Source of the DNA: Dicyema japonicum
Lineage: Eukaryota; Animalia; Dicyemida
Length of the DNA: 64,000 nucleotides
Direction: 5' to 3'
NCBI GenBank assembly: GCA_011109175.1
Contig: RDEW01000002.1
Coordinates: 352,831 to 416,830, forward strand
Positions 1 through 13,400 of the stretch are shown here, piece after piece (position 1 is the stretch's first letter; each line of letters starts with the position of its first letter). A program made the translations under genes and the position numbers. Under the pieces are notes generated by a model that was not told where the DNA came from, did not search any database, and was given only the letters and a program-made list of their open reading frames with translations.

Positions 1-459
1 GGACAGTCATTGTGCGCATCCAAAATAAAAAAATTACTTTTTTAAATATCAAAACTATGCTATTCTCGGCTAAAAATATATTCACATGTTGCGATATGTC
101 AAATATCAATACTTAAAATCAAGTGGAAACTAAAGAGACAACTTCGAATCTCGTACTAACAATTAAAGACTCATTAGGCAACGAAACAGACTTCATAGCT
201 TTCTTAATTAATTAAGAGCTCGTTAGTATCTAATAACAATATCAACAATATCTGTGGAGAACTACTAATTTACACTCTTACTCAATCATCAAAAAATATC
301 TATATGTTCAACAAAATATTACAGTTTTACTGCCCCTTTGATATATCAACAGGAATATTACTGCTTATACAAAAACCCGATAAAAGTGCAGACCCACTTA
401 AGAATCTGAGGCGCCTAGTTCTATTAAGGTTTATCAAAAACCTTTCCTATTATAACTAT

Positions 460-778
460 AGCCGAGTGGCATAGTGGATAGGTGTCGGGCTTAAGTCCCT
501 TAGGCTAAGGGTTCGAATCTCGCTGCTGTTCACCTGGTGTTAGGTTCCACGTATCTACGATGCCAAAAGGGTTTGACAACTGACGCCGTCATCAGTGGAT
601 TCTCACTGCGGGACTGGATTGTCTAGAAAGGACACTCATACAAGAAAAAGATAGAAAGAAGTGAAGATCATTCCTTGGTTCTACGATTAGTTAAAATTAA
701 CTATTCTTTACTTAAATAAGTGTGTGTCCTGCCTATGCAGAGATATAAATATTATGGCTCTCGTGAAAAGGTTTTTAT
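460..778 (+). mobile_element. tRNA-derived SINE, copy 1
   Basis: tRNA-like head AGCCGAGTGG...GGTTCGAATC (Pol III A/B boxes, TAA anticodon-like loop), ~250-bp body and (TAT)n tail. 12-bp TSD TATTATAACTAT/TATTATAACTTT. The empty site is present near 2503, 5875 and 9241. Two more copies in the window. Confidence 0.9.
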
Positions 779-1010
779 TATTATAACTTTGAGTCGGTCA
801 ATTTCTGTTGTCGGATATTTATCTGAGTAAAAGTCAATTTTGACAGAATTGAAGCATTCGTTGACTTACGGCTATATATCATAATCGAAAGCTAGCATGA
901 ACAACTTTGCAGATACCAGAGAAATCGGTTCACAAAAGCTGTAGGAATCAACTGGTTAAAGAAATTAAACAAAAGGACAGTTTACTAGCCATGTAAAAAT
1001 GAAGTACCTA

Positions 1011-4000
1011 CTGACTTTAGTGATTTCCAATCCCGAATGGAGATATGTCTGAGGAGTCTGTATATTTCGCTTACCGATCTATTAAATGCTAACTAAGCTA
1101 CCTATTTGGCGAGAAAATTAATAAAATTTTTTAAAAGTATTTAATAAAAAAGAGAATAAAGCAAAATTTAACGTTAACCCTTAACCCAGTAATAACTAGA
1201 CATTATCGATTTACGGAGATTTTTGATTCTTGTTTATTTCATTAAAGTGATATGGTTTTATTTTTTTCTGTTTCTAGAAAAATATTAGCAAATTATACAT
1301 GATATCGTTTCACATCCTTAGAATTTTTGATTGATCGAGTTTCTGGAAATGATTAATCTTTAAACCTGCTGTAGAATTATGTTTCACATTATTAATTATA
1401 ATCTACTGTTAATGCTTAGACAATTACCTGATGTCGTACTATTTTGTATATCTAAACAAATTTACATTATCAAAACTTGATGTAGAAGTTGCTGACTCTG
1501 CAACATGATTCAAATCCTGTACGTGATTATTCTAAATAATAATTTAATTATGGGAATAAACCGAAATATCGTCCGGAATGTCAAATGATTGTACTAAATT
1601 GGAGGCTAATGGCTAATATAAATATATTACCGGATTTTATCGCGGTGAATAGGAAGCTAATGGCTAATATCATCGACTATATAATTATTTGTCGCTTATA
1701 TATCATTTATGAATTAAAGAATTTCAAATGACCTGATTTTCTGCATTAAAGTTAAATATGAGGATATGAGATAATATTCTTAACTTTCGAAATCTATTCT
1801 AAACCACAATTATGAGATTTTCTTACAAAAATAATGCAACTTAATTGGAAGAAAAAATAATTTTTCAGCTCCTGGATCATTGGATGATAAAGCGTTATTG
1901 AATAAAGTGATAATGTATAAACTGTAGGAAGTAAACCTTTATCCAAGTGGTCAAAATACTTGTGTTAAGTAATTTGTCAGAAATAACTTAAAGAGTGAAA
2001 AGTTTTATGTGCTTTATCATCAAAAAGTCTTCTTGTGTAAGCATATTTGGAATAGTGTTCACAGTGTTAACATTAGTGCACATAATTAAAGAATAGATTA
2101 TCTTATAATGTTTATTTAATTCTGTTATATTAACTTTTTTGATGCTTATAGTTTATAATTCATCAATAAATGCATATAGCAGTAATCCACTCGAATCATC
2201 CATTTGGACTTTCGAGAAATTTCGAGAAATTTGAGAAGTCTGCACGTTTACTTTTGCATAATTAATTAAGAGCTCGTTAGTATCTAATAACAGAATCAAC
2301 AATATCTGTGGAGAACTACTAATTTACACTCTCACTCAATCATCAAAAAAATATCTATATGTTCAACAAAATATTAAAGTTTTACTGACCCTTTGATATA
2401 ACAACAGGAATATTACTGCTTATTCAAAAACCCGATAAAAGTGCAGGCCCACATAAGAATCTGAGGCGCATAGTTCTATTAAGGTCTCTCAAAAACCTTC
2501 CCTATTATAACTATGAGTCGGTCAAGTTCTGTTGTCTGATATTTATCTAAATCAAATCGATTTTAACAGATTTGAAGCTTTCGTTGGTTTACGGCTATAT
2601 ATCAAAATCAAAAGCAGGTATGAACAACTATGCAGACACCAAAGAAATCGATTAAGAATAGTTATAGGGATAAACTTGTTAAAGAAATTAAACAATAGGA
2701 CTCTTTACTAGCCATGTATATGCGGGACGATTAGAGAGGAAGTGATCAATTTCGCTGGCGATTTTTTTGTGACACAATCTCGGTGATACCAAGTAATTTC
2801 ATTATGGGAAATTTTTTCAATAGAAATGTAACTTGGGGCTTTTGTGGACGACAGAGAACTAAGCTTCCTCTCTGTCTGGTTCAAGAGTATGCCAAAATTG
2901 GTTGAAAATAAGAACAGTGTACCACCTAATGAATTACGCAAGCGTGTTTTGAAGAAGGTTGTATAAAGAACACTGCTAAAACTGATGGCAAGATTGCGAA
3001 AAAGTGAAACACTAAGAATTAAATTCTATTCAAAGATGTCTTTGTCAAACTAACACAAGTATTTTGACCACTTGGATAAAGGTTTACTTCTTACACTATA
3101 TCCATTATCACTTTATTCAATAACGTTAAATCATCCGATGATCCAGGAGAAGCAAAATTATTTCTTCCAATTCAGTTGCATCATTTTTGTAGGAATTTCT
3201 CACATTTGTGGTTGAGAATAGATTTCGAAAGTTAAGAATATTATATCATAGGCTCATCTTTGACTTTAATGCAGAAAATCAGGTCATTTGAAATTTTTTA
3301 ATTCATAGCAGCACATCTTAGGATGAATAATATTCCCATCGAACAAAGCTTTAGGTGATTACATGTCTGTCAAAAGAGACGATTTCGTCTAAGTCTAAGC
3401 GTAACTTTGTCAGTTGTCTTCATATGGACCTTAAAAATAAAAAAAAACAAATCTGATCCGCCTATGATCTGGAATCAATGAGATCTTACAAAAACAGAGG
3501 AGTGACGAACGGAATAACATTTAAAATTGTTTCTTTAGATGCATATGCGGGTTAAAAAATATTATAGCTCTTTTGAAAGTGCTGATTAAATTAATTAAAA
3601 TTAATTCCAAAGATCAAAGGTTATCAAACTATCTACCTCTTCGATCCTGACTCGTTCCAACATTCCAGAACTTGTCAACAGGTAACGACGTTGTCCCAGG
3701 GAAAGAATTATTGGATCTTCTTGATCTCGGACATTCATTGGGATCCTCCTCAGTAAGGTGGATCTAGTGATGCCATCGAAAGGAGGAATTAATTTTGGCA
3801 AACTAGCCACGTAGGACCACATAGCGCTACTCGAATTGTTGCCAGAATTATTAATTAATGATAATATTAACCAGTTTATTCTTTGTGTAATCCAAAATAA
3901 AAAATGACTTTTTTAAATATCAAAAACTTTGGTATTCTCCGCGAAAGATATATTCACATTTTGCGATATGTCATATATCAATATTTAAAATCAAGTGGAA

Positions 4001-7000
4001 ACTAAAGAGACAACTTCGAATCTCGAACAAACAATTAAAGACTCATTAAACAACGAAACAGACTTCATAGCTTTCTTAATTCAGTTCCAGGTTTTGTGAA
4101 ATCACAAATTGTTGACAATTGTATCACCGGTTGCGATCTCTTGGTCAATTTGCATGTTATATTTGTAGACCAGTTAAGAATTCGAACCTTATCAGGGTAG
4201 TATCTTTCGCGGTTTGAGTTAATCGTCAATCTCACCAGTGATAGAATTATCCTACCTCTGAGGAACCTGTATATCTTTCTCAATGATGAGATAAATCCTT
4301 TTATGTGTTGTAGCTGGTCGTACTCATCCACCCAGAAAGGGACATTATTAATTTACCCTGAAATAGTAATGAGGTTACCTATTGACTTAGTGATTTCCAA
4401 TCCCGAATGGAGATATGTCTGAGGAGTCTGTATATTTCGCTTACCGATCTATTAAATGCTAACTAAGCTACCTATTTGGCGAGAAAATTAATAAAATTTT
4501 TTAAAAGTCCTTAATAAAAAAGAGAATAAAGCAAAATTTAACGTTAACCCTTAACCCAGTAATAACTAGACATTATCGATGTACGGAGATTTTTGATTCT
4601 TGTTTATTTCATTAAAGTGATATGGTTTTATTTTTTTCTGTTTCTAGAAAAATATTAGCAAATTATACATGATATCGTTTCACATCCTTTGAATTTTTGA
4701 TTGATCGAGTTTCTGGAAATGATTAATCTTTAAACCTGCTGTAGAATTATGTTTCACATTATTATTATAATCTACTGTTAATGCTTAGACAATTACCTGA
4801 TGTCGTACTATTTTGTATATCTAAACAAATTTACATGATCAAAACTTGATGTAGAAGTTGCTGACTCTGCAACATGATTCAAATCCTGTACGTGATTATT
4901 CTAAATAATAATTTAATTATGGGAATAAACCGAAATATCGTCCGGAATGTCAAATGATTGTACTAAATTGGAGGCTAATGGCTAATATAAATATATTACC
5001 GGATTTTATCGCGGTGAATAGGAAGCTAATGGCTAATATCATCGACTATATAATTATTTGTCGCTTATATATCATTTATGAATTAAAAGAATTTCAAATG
5101 ACCTGATTTTCTGCATTAAAGTTAAATATGAGGATATGAGATAATATTCTTAACTTTCGAAATCTATTCTAAACCACAATTATGAGATTTTCTTACAAAA
5201 ATAATGCAACTTAATTGGAAGAAAAAATAATTTTTCAGCTCCTGGATCATTGGATGATAAAGCGTTATTGAATAAAGTGATAATGTATAAACTGTAGGAA
5301 GTAAACCTTTATCCAAGTGGTCAAAATACTTGTGTTAAGTAATTTGTCAGAAATAACTTAAAGAGTGAAAAGTTTTATGTGCTTTATCATCAAAAAGTCT
5401 TCTTGTGTAAGCATATTTGGAATAGTGTTCACAGTGTTAACATTAGTGCACATAATTAAAGAATAGATTATCTTATAATGTTTATTTAATTCTGTTATAT
5501 TAACTTTTTTGATGCTTATAGTTTATAATTCATCAATAAATGCATATAGCAGTAATCCACTCGAATCATCCATTTGGACTTTCGAGAAATTTCGAGAAAT
5601 TTCGAGAAGTCTGCACGTTTACTTTTGCATAATTAATTAAGAGCTCGTTAGTATCTAATAACAGAATCAACAATATCTGTGGAGAACTACTAATTTACAC
5701 TCTCACTCAATCATCAAAAAAATATCTATATGTTCAACAAAATATTAAAGTTTTACTGACCCTTTGATATAACAACAGGAATATTACTGCTTATTCAAAA
5801 ACCCGATAAAAGTGCAGGCCCACTTAAGAATCTGAGGCGCATAGTTCTATTAAGGTCTCTCAAAAACCTTCCCTATTATAACTATGAGTCGGTCAAGTTC
5901 TGTTGTCTGATATTTATCTAAATCAAATTCGATTTTAACAGATTTGATGCTTTCGTTAGTTTACGGCTATATATCAAAATCAAAAGCAGGTATGAACAAC
6001 TATGCAGACACCAAAGAAATCGATTAAGAATAGTTATAGGGATAAACTTGTTAAAGAAATTAAACAATAGGACTCTTTACTAGCCATGTATATGCGGGAC
6101 GATTAGAGAGGAAGTGATCAATTTTGCTGGCGATTTTTTTGTGACACAATCTCGGTGATACCAAGTAATTTCATTATGGGAAATTTTTTCAATAGAAATG
6201 TAACTTGGGGCTTTTGTGGACGACAGAGAACTAAGCTTCCTCTCTGTCTGGTTCAAGAGTATGCCAAAATTGGTTGAAAATAAGAACAGTGTACCACCTA
6301 ATGAATTACGCAAGCGTGTTTTGAAGAAGGTTGTATAAAGAACACTGCTAAAACTGATGGCAAGATTGCGAAAAAGTGAAACACTAAGAATTAAATTCTA
6401 TTCAAAGATGTCTTTGTCAAACTAACACAAGTATTTTGACCACTTGGATAAAGGTTTACTTCTTACACTATATCCATTATCACTTTATTCAATAACGTTA
6501 AATCATCCGATGATCCAGGAGAAGCAAAATTATTTCTTCCAATTCAGTTGCATCATTTTTGTAGGAATTTCTCACATTTGTGGTTGAGAATAGATTTCGA
6601 AAGTTAAGAATATTATATCATAGGCTCATCTTTGACTTTAATGCAGAAAATCAGGTCATTTGAAATTTTTTAATTCATAGCAGCACATCTTAGGATGAAT
6701 AATATTCCCATCGAACAAAGCTTTAGGTGATTACATGTCTGTCAAAAGAGACGATTTCGTCTAAGTCTAAGCGTAACTTTGTCAGTTGTCTTCATATGGA
6801 CCTTAAAAATAAAAAAAAACAAATCTGATCCGCCTATGATCTGGAATCAATGAGATCTTACAAAAACAGAGGAGTGACGAACGGAATAACATTTAAAATT
6901 GTTTCTTTAGATGCATATGCGGGTTAAAAAATATTATAGCTCTTTTGAAAGTGCTGATTAAATTAATTAAAATTAATTCCAAAGATCAAAGGTTATCACA

Positions 7001-10000
7001 CTATCTACCTCTTCGATCCTGACTCGTTCCAACATTCCAGAACTTGTCAACAGGTAACGACGTTGTCCCAGGGAAAGAATTATTGGATCTTCTTGATCTC
7101 GGACATTCATTGGGATCTTCCTCAGTAAGGTGGATCCAGTGATGCCATCGAAAGGAGGAATTAATTTTGGCAAACTAGCCACGTAGGACCACATCGCGCT
7201 ACTCGAATTGTTGCCAGAATTATTAATTAATGATAATATTAACCAGTTTATTCTTTGTGTAATCCAAAATAAAAAATGACTTTTTTAAATATCAAAAACT
7301 TTGGTATTCTCCGCGAAAGATATATTCACATTTTGCGATATGTCATATATCAATATTTAAAATCAAGTGGAAACTAAAGAGACAACTTCGAATCTCGAAC
7401 AAACAATTAAAGACTCATTAAACAACGAAACAGACTTCATAGCTTTCTTAATTCAGTTCCAGGTTTTGTGAAATCACAAATTGTTGACAATTGTATCACC
7501 GGTTGCGATCTCTTGGTCAATTTGCATGTTATATTTGTAGACCAGTTAAGAATTCGAACCTTATCAGGGTAGTATCTTTCGCGTTTGAGTTAATCGTCAA
7601 TCTCACCAGTGATAGAATTATCCTACCTCTGAGGAACCTGTATATCTTTCTCAATGATGAGATAAATCCTTTTATGTGTTGTAGCTGGTCGTACTCATCC
7701 ACCCAGAAAGGGACATTATTAATTTACCCTGAAATAGTAATGAGGTTACCTACTGACTTAGTGATTTCCAATCCCGAATGGAGATATGTCTGAGGAGTCT
7801 GTATATTTCGCTTACCGATCTATTAAATGCTAACTAAGCTACCTATTTGGCGAGAAAATTAATAAAATTTTTTAAAAGTCCTTAATAAAAAAGAGAATAA
7901 AGCAAAATTTAACGTTAACCCTTAACCCAGTAATAACTAGACATTATCGATTTACGGAGATTTTTGATTCTTGTTTATTTCATTAAAGTGATATGGTTTT
8001 ATTTTTTTCTGTTTCTAGAAAAATATTAGCAAATTATACATGATATCGTTTCACATCCTTTGAATTTTTGATTGATCGAGTTTCTGGAAATGATTAATCT
8101 TTAAACCTGCTGTAGAATTATGTTTCACATTATTAATATAAGCTACTGTTAATGCTTAGACAATTACCTGATGTCGTACTATTTTGTATATCTAAACAAA
8201 TTTACATGATCAAAACTTGATGTAGAAGTTGCTGACTCTGCAACATGATTCAAATCCTGTACGTGATTATTCTAAATAATAATTTAATTATGGGAATAAA
8301 CCGAAATATCGTCCGGAATGTCAAATGATTGTACTAAATTGGAGGCTAATGGCTAATATAAATATATTACCGGATTTTATCGCGGTGAATAGGAAGCTAA
8401 TGGCTAATATCATCGACTATATAATTATTTGTCGCTTATATATCATTTATGAATTAAAAATTTCAAATGACCTGATTTTCTGCATTAAAGTTAAATATGA
8501 GGATATGAGATAATATTCTTAACTTTCGAAATCTATTCTAAACCACAATTATGAGATTTTCTTACAAAAATAATGCAACTGAATTGGAAGAAAAAATAAT
8601 TTTTCAGCTCCTGGATCATTGGATGATAAAACGTTATTGAATAAAGTGATAATGTATAAACTGTAGGAAGTAAACCTTTATCCAAGTGGTCAAAATACTT
8701 GTGTTAAGTAATTTGTCAGAAATAACTTAAAGAGTGAGAAGTTGTATGTACTTTATCATTAAAAGTCTTCTTGTGTAAGCATATGTGGAATAGTGTTCAC
8801 AGTGTTAACATTAGTGCACATAATTAAAGAATAGATTTTCTTATAATGTTTATTTAATTCTGTTATATTAACTTTTTTGATGCTTATAGTTTATAATTCT
8901 TCAATAAATGCATATAGCAGTAATCCACTCGAATCATCCATTTGGACTTTCGAGAAATTTCTAGAAATTTGAGAAGTCTGCACGTTTACTTTTGCATAAT
9001 TAATTAAGAGCTCGTTAGTATCTAATAACAGAATCAACAATATCTGTGGAGAACTACTAATTTACACTCTCACTCAATCATCAAAAAAATATCTATATGT
9101 TCAACAAAATATTAAAGTTTTACTGACCCTTTGATATAACAACAGGAATATTACTGCTTATTCAAAAACCCGATAAAAGTGCAGGCCCACATAAGAATCT
9201 GAGGCGCATAGTTCTATTAAGGTCTCTCAAAAACCTTCCCTATTATAACTATGAGTCGGTCAAGTTCTGTTGTCTGATATTTATCTAAATCAAATCGATT
9301 TTAACAGATTTGAAGCTTTCGTTGGTTTACGGCTATATATCAAAATCAAAAGCAGGTATGAACAACTATGCAGACACCAAAGAAATCGATTAAGAATAGT
9401 TATAGGGATAAACTTGTTAAAGAAATTAAACAATAGGACTCTTTACTAGCCATGTATATGCGGGACGATTAGAGAGGAAGTGATCAATTTCGCTGGCGAT
9501 TTTTTTGTGACACAATCTCGGTGATACCAAGTAATTTCATTATGGGAAATTTTTTCAATAGAAATGTAACTTGGGGCTTTTGTGGACGACAGAGAACTAA
9601 GCTTCCTCTCTCTGGTTCAAGAGTATGCCAAAATTGGTTGAAAATAAGAACAGTGTACCACCTAATGAATTACGCAAGCGTGTTTTGAAGAAGGTTGTAT
9701 AAAGAACACTGCAAAAACTGATGGCAAGATTGCGAAAAAGTGAAACACTAAGAATTAAATTCATTCAAAGATGTCTTTGTCAAACTAACACAAGTATTTT
9801 GACCAGTTGGATAAAGGTTTACTTCTTACACTATATCCATTATCACTTTATTCAATAACGTTAAATCATCCGATGATCCAGGAGAAGCAAAATTATTTCT
9901 TCCAATTCAGTTGCATCATTTTTGTAGGAATTTCTCACATTTGTGGTTGAGAATAGATTTCGAAAGTTAAGAATATTATATCATAGGCTCATCTTTGACT

Positions 10001-10455
10001 TTAATCAGAAAATCAGGTCATTTGAAATTTTTTAATTCATAGCAGCACATCTTAGGATGAATAATATTCCCATCGAACAAAGCTTTAGGTGATTACTTGT
10101 CTGTCAAAAGAGACGATTTAGTCTAAGCGAAACATTGTCAGTTGTCTTCATATGGACCTTAAAAATAAAAAAAAATAACTCTGATCCGCCTACGATCTGG
10201 AATCAATGAGATCTTACAAAAACAGAGGAGTGACGAACGGAATAACATTTAAAATTGTTTCTTTAGATGCATATGCGGGTTCAAAAATATTATAGCTCTT
10301 TTGAAAGTGCTGATTAAATTAATTAAAATTAATTCCAAAGATCAAAGGTTATCAAACTATCTATCTCCTCGATCCTGACTCGTTCCAACATTCCAGAACT
10401 TGTCAACAGGTAACGACGTTGTCCCAGGGAAAGAATTATTGCATTTTCTTGATCG
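1011..10455. repeat. ~3.37-kb tandem array, ~2.8 near-identical units
   Basis: Marker GTGATTTCCAATCCCGAATGG recurs near 1020, 4390 and 7761. An identical 77-aa ORF occurs at 2708 and 6080 (3372 apart). Homology ends near 10455. Older, diverged pieces of the unit lie at 1-460, 790-1010 and 10460-10880. Confidence 0.97.
1708..3307. repeat. Imperfect ~260-bp inverted repeat (arms ~1708-1968 and ~3050-3307) around a ~1.08-kb spacer, present in each array unit
   Basis: ATTTCAAATGACCTGATTTTCTGCATTAAAG...GTAAACCTTTATCCAAGTGGTCAAAATACTTGTGTT is the reverse complement of 3050-3307, with scattered mismatches. Confidence 0.9.
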
Positions 10456-13400
10456 TGGACTGTCGAAACAGACTTCATAGCTTTTTTAATTAGTTAAGAG
10501 CTCGTTAGTATCTAATAACAATATCAACAATATTTGTGGAGAACTACTAATTTACACTCTTACTCAATCATCAAAAATATCTTTATGTTCAACAAAATAT
10601 TAAAGTTTTACTGACCCTTTGATATATCAACAGGAATATTACTGCTTATACAAAAACCCGATAAAAGTGCAGGCAACATATTTTCGGTGACACCAAGTTC
10701 TTTCATTATGGAAGATTTTTCAATCGAAATGTAACTGAGGACTTTCGTGGACGACAGAGAACTAAGCTTCGTCACTGTCTGGTTCAAGAGTATGCCAAAA
10801 TTGTTTGAAATTGAGAACAGTGGACGACCTAATGGACCATGGCAAGCGTGTGTGGAAAAAGGTTGTATAGAGAACACTGATAAACTGATGGCAAAAGTGG
10901 AACCCTTAGAATTAGATTCAAATAAATGCTGTCTATGTCAAACTATTCTGAACGCATGTAATTTTAAACTAAAATACCTCAAAATGTCTCAACTCTCTCT
11001 TTAAGGGAGATTTGAGAATGAAATATAGGTCTTCTGTTTCATCTAGCTTTATTTTTGAATTTCATTGGTCTTCTGTGATTGCAACGAGTAATATCTTCTC
11101 CATGCCTTTTGAGCAAGGCAGATTCAAATACACATCTAAGAGAACAGAGAAAAATCAATTTGGAAGTCCAGACTTGTCAAATACGAGTCACAAAAATCAT
11201 GGTCGACACAAATGATCTTGAAGGGATTCAATATTTTGATATAAAATCCATAAATTTCATTGCAGCTAAAAGTTTTCAAATTGGGTACACATTGAAAATA
11301 CTCTTAAAATCAGTTTTAATGTCTACTGAGGACTTGTCTTTCTTATGCATTCTATATAGAATCTTTGGGTATGTTTTCTTGCATTTGAGTCTCTTGATGT
11401 GGAGATTGAATTTTTGCTTACATGTTCCATGCAGGTATCTGTTCTCGAGAGTAAATTTCTGATACATTGTTTCGATTTATACAGACCTCACTCGGAATTT
11501 TCACATTCAGCAATTTTTTTAATTTCGGAGAGACTCTTTGAATAAGAAAATGAGTATTGAAATATTAAGCTATAAGGCCCCACCATCCTTTTGGGATCCT
11601 CCAAATCTTCGATTTGCAGAATCCATAACACCTAAGATCAATTAATTTTGTCACTGGATTGAATCTCGGCATCCGATTGAGGAGATTGCCGATGAACTAG
11701 ATCATTTTCACTAGAAGACCTTTCATGAGATTCACGGTCATCATGTAGCCCTGAAGATATGCCTCTCACCTCAAGCTGTTCATCATCTTAAAATTTTCAG
11801 TAGGCGGGCCATATTATTAACCCAGGAATCACCGTAAAAGAAGTTAACAGTAAACAACTAATTAAATGTATCCGCTTCCATTGTTACAAAAACAGAATCT
11901 TTCCAACTTCAAACAAATTCATTAGGAAAAGAGCTGTTGAACCCATCCAATGATCCATTTTAGTTCCAGTCTGGCACTGGGCGCCATCTGAGACAGTGGA
12001 TCACATGATCAACACTCTAATAATAAGGTAAAGAAGAGAGGAACAAAACAAATAGAAAACTTAACCAATTAGCCACGTAGCCAATACATGACGTCATGCG
12101 GAAACAAAAATTATTGTTAAATTTATTTATTACTACATGACGTATTCAAAATTTGACTAATTTATATTAATTTAATAATTATTTATTTTAAAAAATATTT
12201 TTTGCAATGTGGAGAACCTTCGGATACATTAACATATTTTTCATGCAGTTGTCACGTTCTTGTGGATTGTTGTGTGTTTATTTTATTGTATTTTTCAATT
12301 TCTACTATATTGTATTGTCATACATTTTCTTAAATATTATCGGATAAATCAAATAGTGTTGAAAACTTTTATCAAAATGTCTAATATATGTTTTAAATTT
12401 TGGTAACCTATTAATATGGATTATTCCTCACTACTTGATTTGTCCCTATTTATATTCTCTTGGCTATATTTCTCTTCCAGACTATTTTATCCCCAATTGT
12501 TCAGTCGTCTTAATTGTAAAGAATATTTTCAAAATATTTTGTGAAACCGAGCCATTAGTGAAACATTGACAATCACAGGATCTTGTTGCCTTTAAGTGAT
12601 GATTCTCAGATTTTTTAAAATCGCTAATCTCCCCTTTGGAGTTAACTCACGTGATTATTAATAGTTCGTGTAAGTCAGACAAGAAAGAAGAATTTTCTAG
12701 AGCAGTTTCAAGTCCCATTATGAACTAAAAATTTCAAAAAAGCAGACTGTTTTATGATGTAGCCATAATACCACAAGTCTTCCCGTATTAAAAACAATAA
12801 TTAATGCAAGAAAGCACATGAACTAAATGATTACACAATCTTTCTATTTATTTTGTCCAATTGATGATTGTTGAAAACGCTATATAGACTCCGCAACCTG
12901 CTGCAAATAAGGTTAATGAACCTCTCATGATCGAGAGCACAATGTTCTGGAAAATTTTCTTATTCTAATTCCTATTAATATTCTAGAAATGATTATTCTG
13001 TCCTCAATCACAGAGAAATGGCAACAAGAGATTACTGCAAGCTTAAGAATTGAAAATAATTTGTTTCTTTTAGTTTTGATGACAAAAATAAAAAAATTGA
13101 CTTATAAATGAGTTTATCTAGTCTAGTTTATAGAAAGTTTCCAATTTAAAAAAAAAGTTATTTGTTATGAAAAAGTCTCAATTATGCCCTTGCACGCAAT
13201 GGGAGTTACCTCTCATTATCGCGAGCCCAATGTTCTTGAAAATCTATCGCGTCATTCTAGACTCATCCTTCTGCAGTCCTGCAAGTCATCCGATTAATCT
13301 GATAAACTTAGAAGTGCTCGTATAATAACTCTAGACGTATCAACGGAGATCGGGCCACGGTAATTCCTTCTGTCAAATCTTCAGCAGTGTTCGATGCGCT

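Noticed and set aside
460-535. Functional tRNA-Leu gene
   Set aside because: The acceptor stem does not close properly, and the head is fused to a repeated body with tail and TSDs. It is a SINE head.
2708-2941. Repeated 77-aa and 73-aa ORFs in the array as real genes
   Set aside because: They are conserved only because the DNA is duplicated. The third unit disrupts them and no motifs were recognised.
4065-4331. Gypsy-like RT fragment (YYPDKVRILNW)
   Set aside because: Resemblance is limited to a few residues, and no LTR, integrase or other RT motif supports it.
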